Origin: Selaginella moellendorffii
Taxonomy: Eukaryota > Plantae > Lycopodiophyta
Assembly (NCBI RefSeq): GCF_000143415.4
Contig: NW_003314276.1
Location: 1,588,696 to 1,652,695 of the forward strand
DNA: 64,000 nucleotides
Direction: 5' to 3'
The position numbers were made by a program, and so were the translations under genes. Under the pieces are notes generated by a model. It made no database searches. It saw only the letters and a program-made list of their open reading frames with translations, and was not told where the DNA came from. Shown here one piece after another: positions 49,581 through 61,593 of this stretch (the first letter of the stretch is position 1; the number at the start of each line of letters is the position of its first letter).

Positions 49581-50407
49581 AAGTAACTCCTTGACTTGTC
49601 GTTGAACTTCTTGTTCAAAGCGCGGTAGTCAATACACATTCGCATTGAACCGTCCTTCTTCTTCACAAGCAAGACCGGAGCACCAAATGGAGACTTACTT
49701 GGCTGAATGAATCCAAACTCAAGTAACTCCTTGACTTGTCGTTGAACTTCTTGCTCCTCCGCATAACTTAACCGAAATGGATGCCGGTAAATTGGCTGTG
49801 TCCCCGGCTCCAATGTAATCCCATGCTCCACACCTCGTAATGGAGGCAATCCATGAGGAAGTTCAGATGGAAAAACATCAGAAAACTCGTCGAGTACATC
49901 CCGTACTGCTGCTTCTAACAATGGTATTGGAGCCCAGTTCGATTCTTGTGGCTGACGAGTGGGGCAGGAATATTCTAAAGGAATATTCAATATGGTGGAT
50001 CTAGAGGGAGAACCAAGGTTTGGTAGACCCTAAGAGAAGGACCATGGTGACCGGATGGTGGCCTAAGTATGATCGCGGACGATCATTCCCTGACGAGGGG
50101 GAGGATTGTTAGGCACCAGGTCAGGATAATAGGATAAGGAAAGGGCCCTGCAATCAAGTGATCACCCCTTTAGCCAGTTGGCTTAGGGTGTAAGGGATAG
50201 GATCCTAACACTCTACCTAGTGGTTTTTGCAATATCAACCACTTGATCAAGCTACCAAAGAGAATGCTCGTCTCGTGCTGCTACTGTACCCTCTACCTAC
50301 TGATTTCATTGCAAGGAAGATTGAGCGCTTCGAAATAAAGTCAGCCTTTAAATAGAAGTGTTAACAGCACACTACAGCCAAACAAGTCAGGACAATGTAA
50401 ATGGACC

Positions 50408-50958
50408 TTAAATCTTGGTGGTGATGTCTCGGCCGGGAACGCACACAGCGGGCGGGGCCAACTCGAGCCGGGGCGTATATGGCAGCATGTTGGCCTTGAG
50501 CTTCCGGATCATGTCCAGCCCTACGTTGAGCGCAGTTGCAGCGGACCTGTCCGGGATCATCAAGAGCGCACCACCACTTGTCTACACACACACATCAGAA
50601 AAACGTTAAGAGAAAAGCTTGTTTATCAGAGTTCCTGGGTTCTGGCTGTTGAGAGCCGAGATGTAAAACGCAGGCTTGGTCCCGACGTTGATCTCAAAGT
50701 GCATCGTTCCCCGCGGGAATATCGTGATATCGCCCGGGTTCAAGAGGTTGATGCGTGGTACTCCTGGAAAATCACCCCATATGTTCTTTATAAGATCGAG
50801 AGAGAGAATCTTATTTCCTACCAGCTGTATCCATGAATCCAACTTGAAGTGGCCCGCCAGAGATCATGGTGAGGAGCTTGGAAGCTCGAGGGTGAGTGTG
50901 TGGGAGATTGACTCCACAGGGAACCATGTTAAAGTGTACGTAAGTTATCCCTTGAGAC
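50408..50958 (-). pseudogene. Germin-like gene lacking exon 1
   Basis: SQGITYVHF..PHTHPRASK (metal-ligand E changed to K); exon-3 donor GT changed to AT; ends PGRDITTKI*. Confidence 0.85.
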
Positions 50959-51065
50959 CTGCACAGAAAACCAAGGAAAACCTCGATTGGGATCTCCAGA
51001 GGCAAAGAGTTAAGAAATCAAAAGGTTATTTTTCTTAATCACATTTTAATATCTTGATTAGGAAT

Positions 51066-51141
51066 AACCCCCATCAAATGACTGCCATTTGTTGGATTTG
51101 GCAGTCTAAAAAGTTTGGCAACTCCTCCTTATTATTATAGA
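51066..51141 (-). mobile_element. Putative Helitron 5' terminus
   Basis: Minus strand A|TCTATAATAATAAGGAGGAG...; homologous to 61518-61593. Confidence 0.55.
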
Positions 51142-52413
51142 TGTTTAAACTTTTGGGCATTGATGTCATATTTGAGCTGTTTCCACATACAAAAGTTGGC
51201 TTGATTGGTTTTGAGAAAAAAATTATTCACAACTTATGAAGAATGTATATATTCAAGTACTATGGTGGATAACTTTTGCATAATTAATTTTGTATGCTGT
51301 ATAACTACATTTACAATGATGAAAAACTTAAAATGAACTTATCCAAAATGTTGAAGTGATTATTTTTTACTAATTGCAAAGTGATTACAATATTATATTT
51401 AATTTTTATGTGTAAAATAATTAATTAAAATTTTAGAAAACCAATAACTCCTTGCATATGGTAATTTCTTTTTAATATTAGATTATTTTGTGTTCCATCA
51501 AACTCGATATATATATATAGTGAATGTTGATGGTGTGGTTGTGGCTACTGCTAATATCCTTCACTAAGTATACAATATTATAATTGATGTATTGGAGCAA
51601 ATATGTAATGCATATCACAACTTCCAAAACAACAAATATTCTACATTTATTCAACTTATGGAGAACAATTTAGCATGGGGCATTTTGAGTTTTAAATGAA
51701 GAAACTACATTGACTTTTCTTGATATTGTGATGCTAAATTGGGTTTAGCATCATCTCAAAATCTAAATAGTAGCACTAATGAGTTTTCAATTTATCATTT
51801 TTTCTATCTCTTACATTTTAAAGTACAATAGGTTAACAGTTTACCAAAGTCCAAATGAGAACTTTTGATTATTTTGTGAAAATGGAACAATTTATTAAAA
51901 ATACACCGGTGGGAGAAGCCATTGATGGACTTAGATTCCAGTTGGTAAATGCAGTGTTAGCAGTGGTGGTACATCTAAGATATATGTTTTCCATCTCTTT
52001 TCAATTCAAAGTGGATCACTGATTTTGCAGGGGTAGTTTCTATGGTGCAGTGGCTGGTGAAGCAATGCAAGCCCAAACAAGAATGTGATCCACTGTGGCG
52101 GTCTTATCTATTCCATTGTTGGCAATATTTTAAACTATGTTGTTTCAATCCAATGGCTAGAAAAATATATGTATACTGAGCATATCTATATCAAAACAGT
52201 ATTATAAACAGTTTAAAACTCTAGTTTGAAATTGACGTACTTGCAATGTCATCCAATCAAACCACCACAAACGAATGAATAACAGTATAACGCTACAAGT
52301 TCCAAGTAGTTTCCTATGGATAGATCCTTACTTGTATAACACTCCATCTGCTTGGCTTAAATGCACTCGCCCACCTGGCACATCTCCCACACATTTTACC
52401 CTTAGTCCAGCAA

Positions 52414-54176
52414 ATGGAAGGGAGATGGATCTTGAGCATTTGCATCGTCCTCTTCACTGTAGCGCTATGGCGATTCGTGACGGTCTACTGGTGGCGCCCC
52501 AGGGCGATCGCCGCGCAGCTCAAGAAGGAGGGCATTCAGGGGCCTCCACCCCGATTCATGGTAGGCCAAATAGCTGAAATCCAGAACATGAGGAGCGCCA
52601 TCAAGGATCACGACATGGAAAGTTTCAGCCACGACATTTTCCATCGGGTACATCCTGCGTTGCTCAAATGGCGAAAGCAATATGGTATGTTCTTGTCATC
52701 CCTGATGAATCTCAAAGCTTCGTTCCTGATGATCATGGTCCAGGGAAGAGATTTGTGTTCTGGTGGGGAACTGAGCCAAGGATATCGGTCTCGGAGCCTG
52801 AGATCGTAAGGGAGGTTTTGTCTAAGAAGTTTTCTCAGTTTGATAAATCGGAGGCCGTGCTGCGGTTGGCGAACTTGTTCCTTGGTCGTGGATTAGTTTC
52901 TGTTACTGGAGAGGAATGGAGTCATCACCGCCGACTCGTAGCACCGGCATTCTTTCATGAACGTATTAAAGTGGGTATTCATACTATTATCTTCCAATGA
53001 AGTCTGGCTGATAAGTGTTTCTGATTCTCCTGTACACAGCAAATGACCGGTACAATCGCTGGGTGCGCATCTCGCATGCTTGATCAATGGGAAGCTACGA
53101 TGGAGCAGAATCCCGAGATTGAAATCTCTGGAGAGGTGCGTAAGCTCACAGGAGACGTTATCTCCCATACAGCATTTGGAACTAGCTATCTCAAAGGCCA
53201 GAGAGTTTTCGAGATCTTGTCCAAGAAAATCCCAGAGCTAGTCCCCAAACTCGTCAGCTTTTCCTGGATTCCAGGCTTCAGGTATGCTGGATCATCTATT
53301 GAACTGAATCATAATCACTTGCTTACAGGTTTCTCCCGCTTCCAATCAACCTCCGAATGTGGAAGCTTCATCAGGAGTTGGATTCTCTGATCACTGGGAT
53401 CATAGACGAGCGTCGGAACTCAGTGAAGTCAGGGGAAAGCAATACATACGGGAATGACTTACTCGGACTGATGCTAAAGGAGTGTGACAGCAGCAGTAAT
53501 TTCACAAGCAGGGATCTGATAGAGGAATGCAAGACATTCTACATTGCGGGGCATGAAACCACAGCGACCTTACTAACCTGGACTTTGATGCTACTGGGAG
53601 GCTATCCTGAATGGCAAGAACGCGCCCGTGCTGAGGTACACGAAGTATGTGGCAATGAGATTCCTGATGGCGAGAGTGTCAGCAGGCTCAAGCTCGTAAG
53701 TCAATCAATATCTCCTAATTCCAGAACTTAACATCTTGCTTCTTGAACAGGTGGGAATGATCCTTTACGAAACTCTGCGGCTGTATCCACCAGCAATCGA
53801 GATGACCAGGGAGTGTGTGGAGGAGTCTTGGCTGCAAGATTTACACGTTCCAAAAGGAGTATCTGTGTCGTTTCCAATCGCTGGATTGCATCAGGATAAG
53901 GAGCTCTGGGGAGAAGATGCAGGCCAATTCAATCCGCATCGCTTCAAAGATGGGATCTCCAGCGCGTGCAAGCATCCAAATGCTTTCATGCCGTTTTCGT
54001 TTGGGCCGCGGGTGTGCGTGGGCCAGTCGTTTGCGATGATCGAAGCCAAAGTCATTCTGGCTATGATACTACAGCGATTCTTGTTCCGGCTTTCACCGAA
54101 CTACCGCCATAATCCTGCGATGAAGTTTGGCTTGAAGCCTATCCATGGAGTGCCGCTTGTACTCGGTAAAATGTGA
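52414..54176 (+). CDS. Cytochrome P450, CYP72 clan, 5 exons, copy 2
   Basis: Near-identical paralog of 20881-22643; AGHETT, ETLR, FNPHRF, FSFGPRVCVG; no lesion noticed. Confidence 0.9.
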
Positions 54177-54839
54177 TGCATGTTCGTGGCATTAGAAGTT
54201 TATAAAAGTTATGTTTGTTGAACTACTCCGAGTTCTTGAACCAAACTGGTTGATAAATCATTTGCTCTGTCATAGTACCTCAGAAACGTTTAGAACCATC
54301 GCGATGGAGCCCGAGGTTCCAACAGAGGTCTCTGCATCTTTTCATCCACCACCGAGTGAACTCGGCTTCTTGAACGATCCAGAGAGAGATGCGGTTTGGT
54401 TTCAAGGGGCGAGGCGATCAGGCGGATTTAGGAGTTAGGAGGACGGGTTCTAGATGGGTTGATCTCGCGCTTCGAGCAGCGAGAACCTTGTCCAAAACTC
54501 CATGCCAGATTGGCTATTAGGAAAGTAAACCGGAAAAGATTTTGTTTAACATTGAGTCATGCCAATAAAAACAATTCGTGAAGGATATGGTTTGGAGAGG
54601 GCTTCCACAGTGGTATTGCTGGAAACGAGATAGAGGGCCACCAGGGAATGCAGGCTTTTGGCATCAGCTAGCACATGGTACTTTCTCAGCGAAAAGAAGG
54701 ATGTCCTCCCTCTGAGCCATCGCAGCTTCTGGATCCCAATCGAGCTGGAAGCATTCATATTTCTTCCATTGTTTTTTAGTTCTAGGTTTTCATCCAGGGA
54801 GGAAGGCATCCTATTTCGTGGGGAGATGGAGCTGGATGG

Positions 54840-55220
54840 ACCATTTGCAAGAGTGGTGGCAAATTCGCTCAAGATGCCCTGGTTTGTTGTGTTAGTGTGC
54901 ACGAATGTCTTTCGTTTCTCATACTGGCATTATGTAATTACTTAGGAGCCGCCGCTAAGTAAATTCTCATATAATTGGTATTGGGAGGGAAGCACTAACA
55001 GGAGTTTCATGCACTCTCACGGAGAAGGAAGACGGAGGAAGGCAAGAAGGTAGAAGAAGAGCTGATGAAGCATTACCCTTTCAAGTGGAAGTCGAGGTCT
55101 TACCTTCATTGCTCTTGGTAGGTCTTTTCTTGCTTATAGACATTAGTCATTCGTAGGAAGCATACCACTGAATGAAATGGAGAGAGCTTCAAGGCTGTAT
55201 CATGGCTTGCGAATGAAGAG
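54840..55220 (+). pseudogene. PICKLE-like fragment, copy 2, more decayed
   Basis: MKHYPFKWKSRSYLHCSW; PHD remnant partly deleted. Confidence 0.65.
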
Positions 55221-57306
55221 GAATATGTCAAGCATATTTTATAGTGTATTTTAGGGTTTCAAGGTCAAAACATACCTCATACTTCTTGGCCACCCTTTGA
55301 ATCTGCAAAAAGAACGTCCCAGATAAAAGTTGAAGTTTTGGGTGATTTGATGTTTGGAAGAATTCTTGCAGGATATAGAGTGGATTGAGCTGATTTTTGT
55401 TGTAAGAGAGGTGCCACATTATAATCTATCCAATAAATCCAAAATGGCTAGGTTTGTGTAGGGATTTGAGGATTTTGATGTCATATTCTTGCCTTTATTT
55501 CTTGTTGGATCTGTGTTGCATTTGTAAATGGGGTATATGGGTGGTCTTGAGCTGTTTAGAAAATGTTTTCTTGATTAATTTGGAGAAAATTCACATATTT
55601 GATTTCATGGATGATCATATTGGTGAAGCTCGTTCACTTCTTAGGACCACATGATTTCATGGATGATCATATTGGTGTCAACGAGAATGAGGAGTGGATT
55701 GCTGGCTCACATCCACAGTTCAAGAGTGATAATATTAGTTATCAACTCTTGCAGAAACATGGTTGGTAGGGAGGCATGGGGCTTGGATCTTCTGGATAGG
55801 GGTGCTTAGATCCGATTGAGCCAGTCACTATAGTAAATAGACAGGGTGTGGGAACAGAGATCATCGTAGGTGTCCTTGACTCACAGGTGAAGTATGTTGA
55901 AATGTAAACAGAGTCTCCAGGCTCACCAGATTCCCCCTACAACTTGGAAACATTTGCTATCACCATGCAAAGGTAGGAGGCACACCATCCATTGCTGCCA
56001 CTTTTAGTAGACAATGCTTTGCCTTCATGTTAATTGGTCTCAATGAAGAAGGCTGTTTACTACAAATTGTAACTCAAGCTCATCCTCTAATAGTTGTTGA
56101 GTTGGAAGTTGAAAAGTTAGTAGTCACCCAAGATGATGAGTTGATGATGTTTTGCAATCCTTTAGATCTCACTAGGAACTCTCACTTTCTATATATAAAA
56201 CTATATATTATCCTCTAAGTTAAAAGGATGTCTATCAAACATAGCTATGTAAACCTAAAAGCTAAGTCATTAAACTTCTGAAAATAGCTCTCCACACTCA
56301 AGGGCATAAAAATTGTTCTAGCTATTTAAAAACTAGAGACTTCATAGGAATTTCATTAGAACAATCTCAATGGAATAAAGAGTAGAGGGTAAGAGGCCAT
56401 AGTGGCAACACCATTACCAACCATTTATCATGATGTGCAATGGCTAAGATATTAACATTAATATTCAATGCTATGCATTCTAAACAAGCACTTAGCCTTA
56501 TTAGGTGCATTCATAGAATTAAAGACAAACCAGTCATAAAAAAGAAATTGCATAAAAACTATAAAAAATAAAGGAAACCTTGCTGTTTGGTATAAGAAAT
56601 TCTTCAGTAATATAGTTGTCTTCTATGGTTAATTCTCTTAGAATGCATCATTTTTATTGACTCTTTGCTCTTGAAAAACCTAACGTTCCCAATTTTCTCT
56701 TCAAATAAATCATTCAAACATTCTTAAGCATAGCAAACACAAACTCTAAAATATAATCATGCACTTTCCAACATAATAAAAATAAACAATGTATTTCTAC
56801 TATGATTGTATTTATAATATTGATTGGTTGTGAAACTTTAAGATATTTCTTTGAAACCTAAAAAGGTTGACTAAGAGTTATAGTTTATTTCCTTTTAAAG
56901 TGAAATAATACATAGAAAAAACATCAGCACAATTAAAAGAAACAATATTTTCTAAACAAGATTTTATTCCTCCATTTTTAAAAATATTTTGTATACTGAT
57001 ATAGCCATTTGTATCTCTTGATCAAGTCTCCAACTTTTGCAGAAAAAAAGGGGGAGAAAGAAAAGAAAGGAGGGAGGATAAACAGATCACACGAGATGAG
57101 CTATTGATCACAAGCAGCACGGAGCTCCAGAGCACGCATCAGGAGCACTAGGGAGGAAACCCTAGAAGCAGCGAGAGAAACAAAGAGAGAGATGCGCATA
57201 CCTCATGCATTCATATCGGGCGCTTGGGCCAGTGCTGTCGAGGAGGAAAATAAAAGTAATAGACGAGACTAAATAATTCATATTATGAAAAGAAACACAA
57301 TACAAG

Positions 57307-58457
57307 TTATGGTAATAAAAGCGAAGGTGTAAATTCTACGAAATTTGCTAGAGCGGAATTTTTCTGAAATGGGAAAGCAACTGCATCTGTAGTAGATAAA
57401 TTCAAAATGGTTGTAGATAAAGACTTCTCCTCCACAAATAAAACAGCTCCATTCAAACATATAGCATTGGCTTTACCAACACCTTTAGCCAGATTTTCAC
57501 CTCCAACATCACCACCTGTTTCTCCTTGCATATACCATAGCTGCATGCTGTTTTTGAATTGAGTGCAGCACAACACACCTGTCCGACCATGGCAGGAAAC
57601 AAATAAACCATGATTCCTGTGTAGCCGCTCGTCCCATGGCCAAGTCTGCTTTAATTCAAACCTCAACCCTTCCAAATCCAAAGTGAACAGACCAACATAC
57701 TCTGGATCATTCAAATTCTTGTAGTGACCACAAAGCAAATACAAAGTAGCGCTGCCCACCATTTCCCCCATATTCTCCAACTGACACCATCCCAATGGTG
57801 TGCTAGCAGCCCTCCAGCATCCCAGTCTCGAGTTGTATACATGAGCTGTTGTAAACATTGTGTAGACACTTCTCACCTTACCTCTGATCTCAACTTTTTT
57901 TTCTTCACAAGAACGACTTTTTACAAAGCAGACTGTGTATTCCTTGAAGTCTTGACTGATGCCCATGTAAGAGGATGAAATCAGCCCTTTAGCCCTGAGA
58001 TCTGGCAACGCTCTAAAGCATCCAGTGACTGGATTGGCTACTAGGACCTGGTTCCCTTTTAAAAAGCAGAGCAATCCACCAGCACTTCCTATAAGAAACC
58101 CCCCCTGTGGGCACACTTCCATCTCTATCCAGTTGAAGGCGTAAATGAGTTGCCCCTGAACATCCTTCCGCACAACGTGCCTGCAAGAACATAAGGAACA
58201 GCTGCTGGAATGCTTGCCTGTGCGTGCCGCACGCCAAACACTGGGGAGTCGATCAATTCCCGCCACCGTTTGCACACTGCTCTCATCCGCCAGACATCGC
58301 GCAGCGGCAGCTGCTGCAACACCTCCTCCTCAATTTCTTGATTCATTTGCAACCCTAATGATCTTAACCTATTCTTAAAAGGTGGAGTGATGTTCTTCAT
58401 GAACTCGTCCCTCCAGTGTGAGCGAGTAGATCGATCCCTGGCAGCAAGCGCCATCAT
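57307..58457 (-). pseudogene. F-box gene copy C, frameshift between the F-box and the body
   Basis: F-box in ORF 58125-58457 and body in ORF 57307-58275 lie in different frames. Confidence 0.78.
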
Positions 58458-58877
58458 TTAAAGGAGGATGGAGCATCGCCTTGGAGAAGTCATGTCTTCT
58501 TCTTCTTCTTCTTCCTCTTTCTTCTTGATGTGATGCTACTAAGAAAGATTGGATCCTGTCTAGCTCTCTCACTCACTCACCAATGAGACTACCCTGATCA
58601 GCACTGAGGAAAAAAAACGAAGGGATGAGAAGGAAAAAAGGGGAGAAAGAGAAGAAAGGCAAATCAGGAGTAAGAGGAAACCTTAGAAGATGCTCTACAA
58701 ATTGCCCAGCAAAAAGCTGGCGAGTTGGCAAGGTGAAGTTATCGAAAAAATTTAATTCTGAGCCAAAAGACAAATACATTGGCAAAGAGTTATATGACAA
58801 CTTGAAGCAAAGCTCTAGTTTTCCTGCAGTGTTTTGTATAAGAGAATTGTAATTGTAGAAAGAGACATAAAGAATTT

Positions 58878-58985
58878 CTCATTGGGAACTACTCCAGTGA
58901 CTATGGGTGGGACAACATCAATCTCACAGCCAACCTAGAGGTGTTTACATAAAATCAAGAGTTCAAAGTCATCCACTGCTGGTAA
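58878..58985 (+). pseudogene. Light-harvesting chlorophyll a/b-binding protein (Lhcb-type) fragment
   Basis: LIGNYSSDYGWDNINLTANLEVFT*NQEFKVIHCW aligns with the Lhcb motif [33 protein letters not shown].RW. Confidence 0.75.
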
Positions 58986-60729
58986 AATGAATGCCTTTAA
59001 TTGCGCTTGCCCAACCATGGCAGTATAGCTACCATTGTGAGAGCCAACTTCTCCCGTGTTAAAACCCAGCACAAAACCTGAAAATAGAATTTCCTCTGAA
59101 AGAACGAAAAGATCTTACCTATTCCTAGCTGGGGCATCCTACAAAGATGAGTGGAAAATTCTTGTGCAGCATATAAGAGATCCAAGCAGCCATAGCAGTC
59201 CATTGCTAATCCAGCCCTAAAGAAAAATAGGATGGATAAGACCCTACACACATGAGCCAGCCTTTGTATATCCAACATTGCAAAGCACGATCACTTGACA
59301 TACCCATCCATAAACTTTATGCTTGAGCAACGCAAGCTCCTGGGCCTCCATCTCTAGCACTTGGCACTGCTTCTTCTTCTGCAAACTTTGAGGCTATGGA
59401 GTTGCAGTAAAGAAGAGAAACCTGGAGCGAGTGAAACTTTGGTGTCAAGGAGGAGTTGTGATAAAGAAAATTTCCTTGGTTGCAAGGGCAGAGTAGGAGG
59501 GGCTGTGGTAAAAGGAGAGTTTTTTCCTCTTTGGCTACAACTTCCTAGTATTGAGCAAATGTTGGATGAGTACAAAAATTAGTAATTTTATACAATTTTT
59601 TTCTTTTGATATTTTTATATGTATATATATACACACACAATAGCATAGACTATATATGTAGAACACTGATATATTCCGAAAAGTGTAAAAAAAGAATTAC
59701 TAAGTAAATATTATTGATAAAGATATTATATGCAGTATTACTTAGGAATATGGATATATTTAGAATACTAAGATTTTAAGAAATTAAATACTCAACCTAG
59801 AAAAAAGTAAAATAAAAATTGTTAACAATGAGTTTTTTTATAGTTATAAGAATAAATATATTTAGTAAACTTCCAGAGAAGAACAATAAAATAAGAATTA
59901 CAAACAGTAAAATTTATTAATTAGATGTTACATGTAAAGTATGTTTTTAATTGGGATATAAAAAAGTTTAGAATCGTAAAATGTTAAGAAAACTAATATA
60001 TTACTACCCAGACTCATAGAAATATAAAGAAGAACTACTAAGATTAATTATCATTAATTTAGGGAAGCATCATTTAAATATTATGTGTTTACTTGGAATA
60101 TGAATAATATATAACTAAGATTTAAGAACATTAATATATTACTCAGATCCAAACATAACCTAAAATTAAAAAATAGTAAGTAACCCATAAACTCAAACAC
60201 CTAGAAATAGAATCAAAATAAATTAATTTAATTTTAAGTAATATAGATTTAGTAAAGAGTTACTTTACCATGTGTCTTTCTTAGAATATAGAACAATAAA
60301 ATTTTAAGAACACTAATCTACTACTCAGACCCAAGTAAACTAAGAAAAGAAATACAAAAAATAATTGTCATTAATATATAAACTATAAATTCAAAACTTG
60401 ATATTCTATATTTGTAAGATTTATCAAGGTGTTTAATTTGTTTATATTAAGACTAAGCTAACCCATATCTTGAATGTTGTAATTGCCCAATCAATACATC
60501 AGTATAGCTTCTCTATTTATCAACTAAATATATATATAAAGAAGAAAATTGTAAGACAAGGTAAGTGCCATCTTAATTATACTAACTGATTGAGGCATGT
60601 TTAAATCAAAATGAATTTTAAATCATAGTATCCAAGCTAGGAAACAATATTCTTGGCCCAATGGTTTTGCCACTTAAGCAACATCTCCTGTACAATCACT
60701 AGTAGACTCAGCAGCCATGCCCTACAAGA

Positions 60730-60820
60730 ACCTCAAGAGCTGTTGTTCTCGTGCCCACACAATCCCTTGCAAGAGTTTTCCAAGAGCTAAAAAAAATTGA
60801 TAAGAAATGTAGGAGGACCA
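60730..60820 (+). pseudogene. SF2/DEAD-box helicase motif-Ia-like fragment
   Basis: RAVVLVPTQSLAR resembles motif Ia (A.VLVPTRELA); no other motifs recognised. Confidence 0.4.
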
Positions 60821-61517
60821 TAGACCCACAGCAAGCAACATTTTTTGTCTCTTACTGTCTATGGCTTATGCCCCAACAATTCTCTACCCCAGCACCCAGC
60901 CTTTGCCCACAACCGGATGAAGGGGGAACAGTGAAAGAGTTTGTGCTTACCCCGACTTTGATCAACCATAGTGGACTTGATGCTCTCAGCCTTCTACTGC
61001 TGGAACTCTTGCGCGAGTGAGCAGAAGCAGTGGGAGATAAAATCCTGGCTCCGCAATCTAGGCAGCCCCAGAGCTTGGTTCTGTAGTGTGTAGAGAGGCA
61101 GCAACACAGCCCAACAATGCAGAGCAAGCAATACAAGAGCTCATTAAACAGGCACGTTGAGAAAATGAAACTCGCATAAGAAAGCAAGAGGCAAGATCTT
61201 GACACAAACAGTACCAGGACATGGCTCATTCTAGCGGCGTTGACATAGTGCCTCAGATTTAGATTGCAAATCGGCAGCAATGGTAAGGTCTGTCTCACCA
61301 TTTCATAAACCCTAGAAAAACAAAAACCAATTCAAACAAAAACCAATTTGTTTGACAGGCAACAGGCATAGTTACAGTCAACACATTTGCATGTGCCATG
61401 TGTTGCAGTGCCTTCTTCTTTTGCCCCACACAGCTTGGCCACCTCCCATTAGCCGAGAGCAAACATTAGCATGATTAATTAATAAAACATGGTTAAAGAA
61501 ATAACCCCTTTACAGTT

Positions 61518-61593
61518 ACCCCCCATCAGATGGCTGCGATTAGCTGGATCCGGCAGCCTAAAAAGTTCAGCACTTCCTCCTTATGATGATAGA
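61518..61593 (-). mobile_element. Putative Helitron 5' terminus directly after the CTAG end of the RepHel element
   Basis: Minus strand ..GTGCTAG|TCTATCATCATAAGGAGGAAG; homologous to 51066-51141. Confidence 0.55.

Larger units (their letters stand above)
45035..50210 (+). mobile_element. Young Ty3/gypsy LTR retrotransposon with identical 104-bp LTRs (45035-45138, 50107-50210), disrupted and internally inverted
   Basis: TGTTAGG...CCTAACA LTRs, PBS TGGTATCAGAG at 45140, PPT GAGGGGGAGGA, domain order gag-PR-RT-RH-INT. Confidence 0.95.
51167..58640 (+). repeat. Segmental duplication copy 2
   Basis: Collinear with 18797-28600; lacks the TRIM-like insert and the segments at ~19700-20385 and ~25190-25955. 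Confidence 0.9.

Noticed and set aside
50217-50243. Helitron 3' end (CTAG plus GTGGTT/AACCAC hairpin) pairing with the 51141 start
   Set aside because: The hairpin abuts CTAG without the usual spacer and the next base on the minus strand is G, not T; too weak to call.
20881-54176. Biosynthetic gene cluster (two P450s, germin, hydrolase)
   Set aside because: No scaffold-forming enzyme; the P450s are recent duplicates and the layout is explained by duplication and TE activity.
59580-60560. Coding or structured RNA function for the very AT-rich tract
   Set aside because: No ORF, motif or clear periodicity that I can support.
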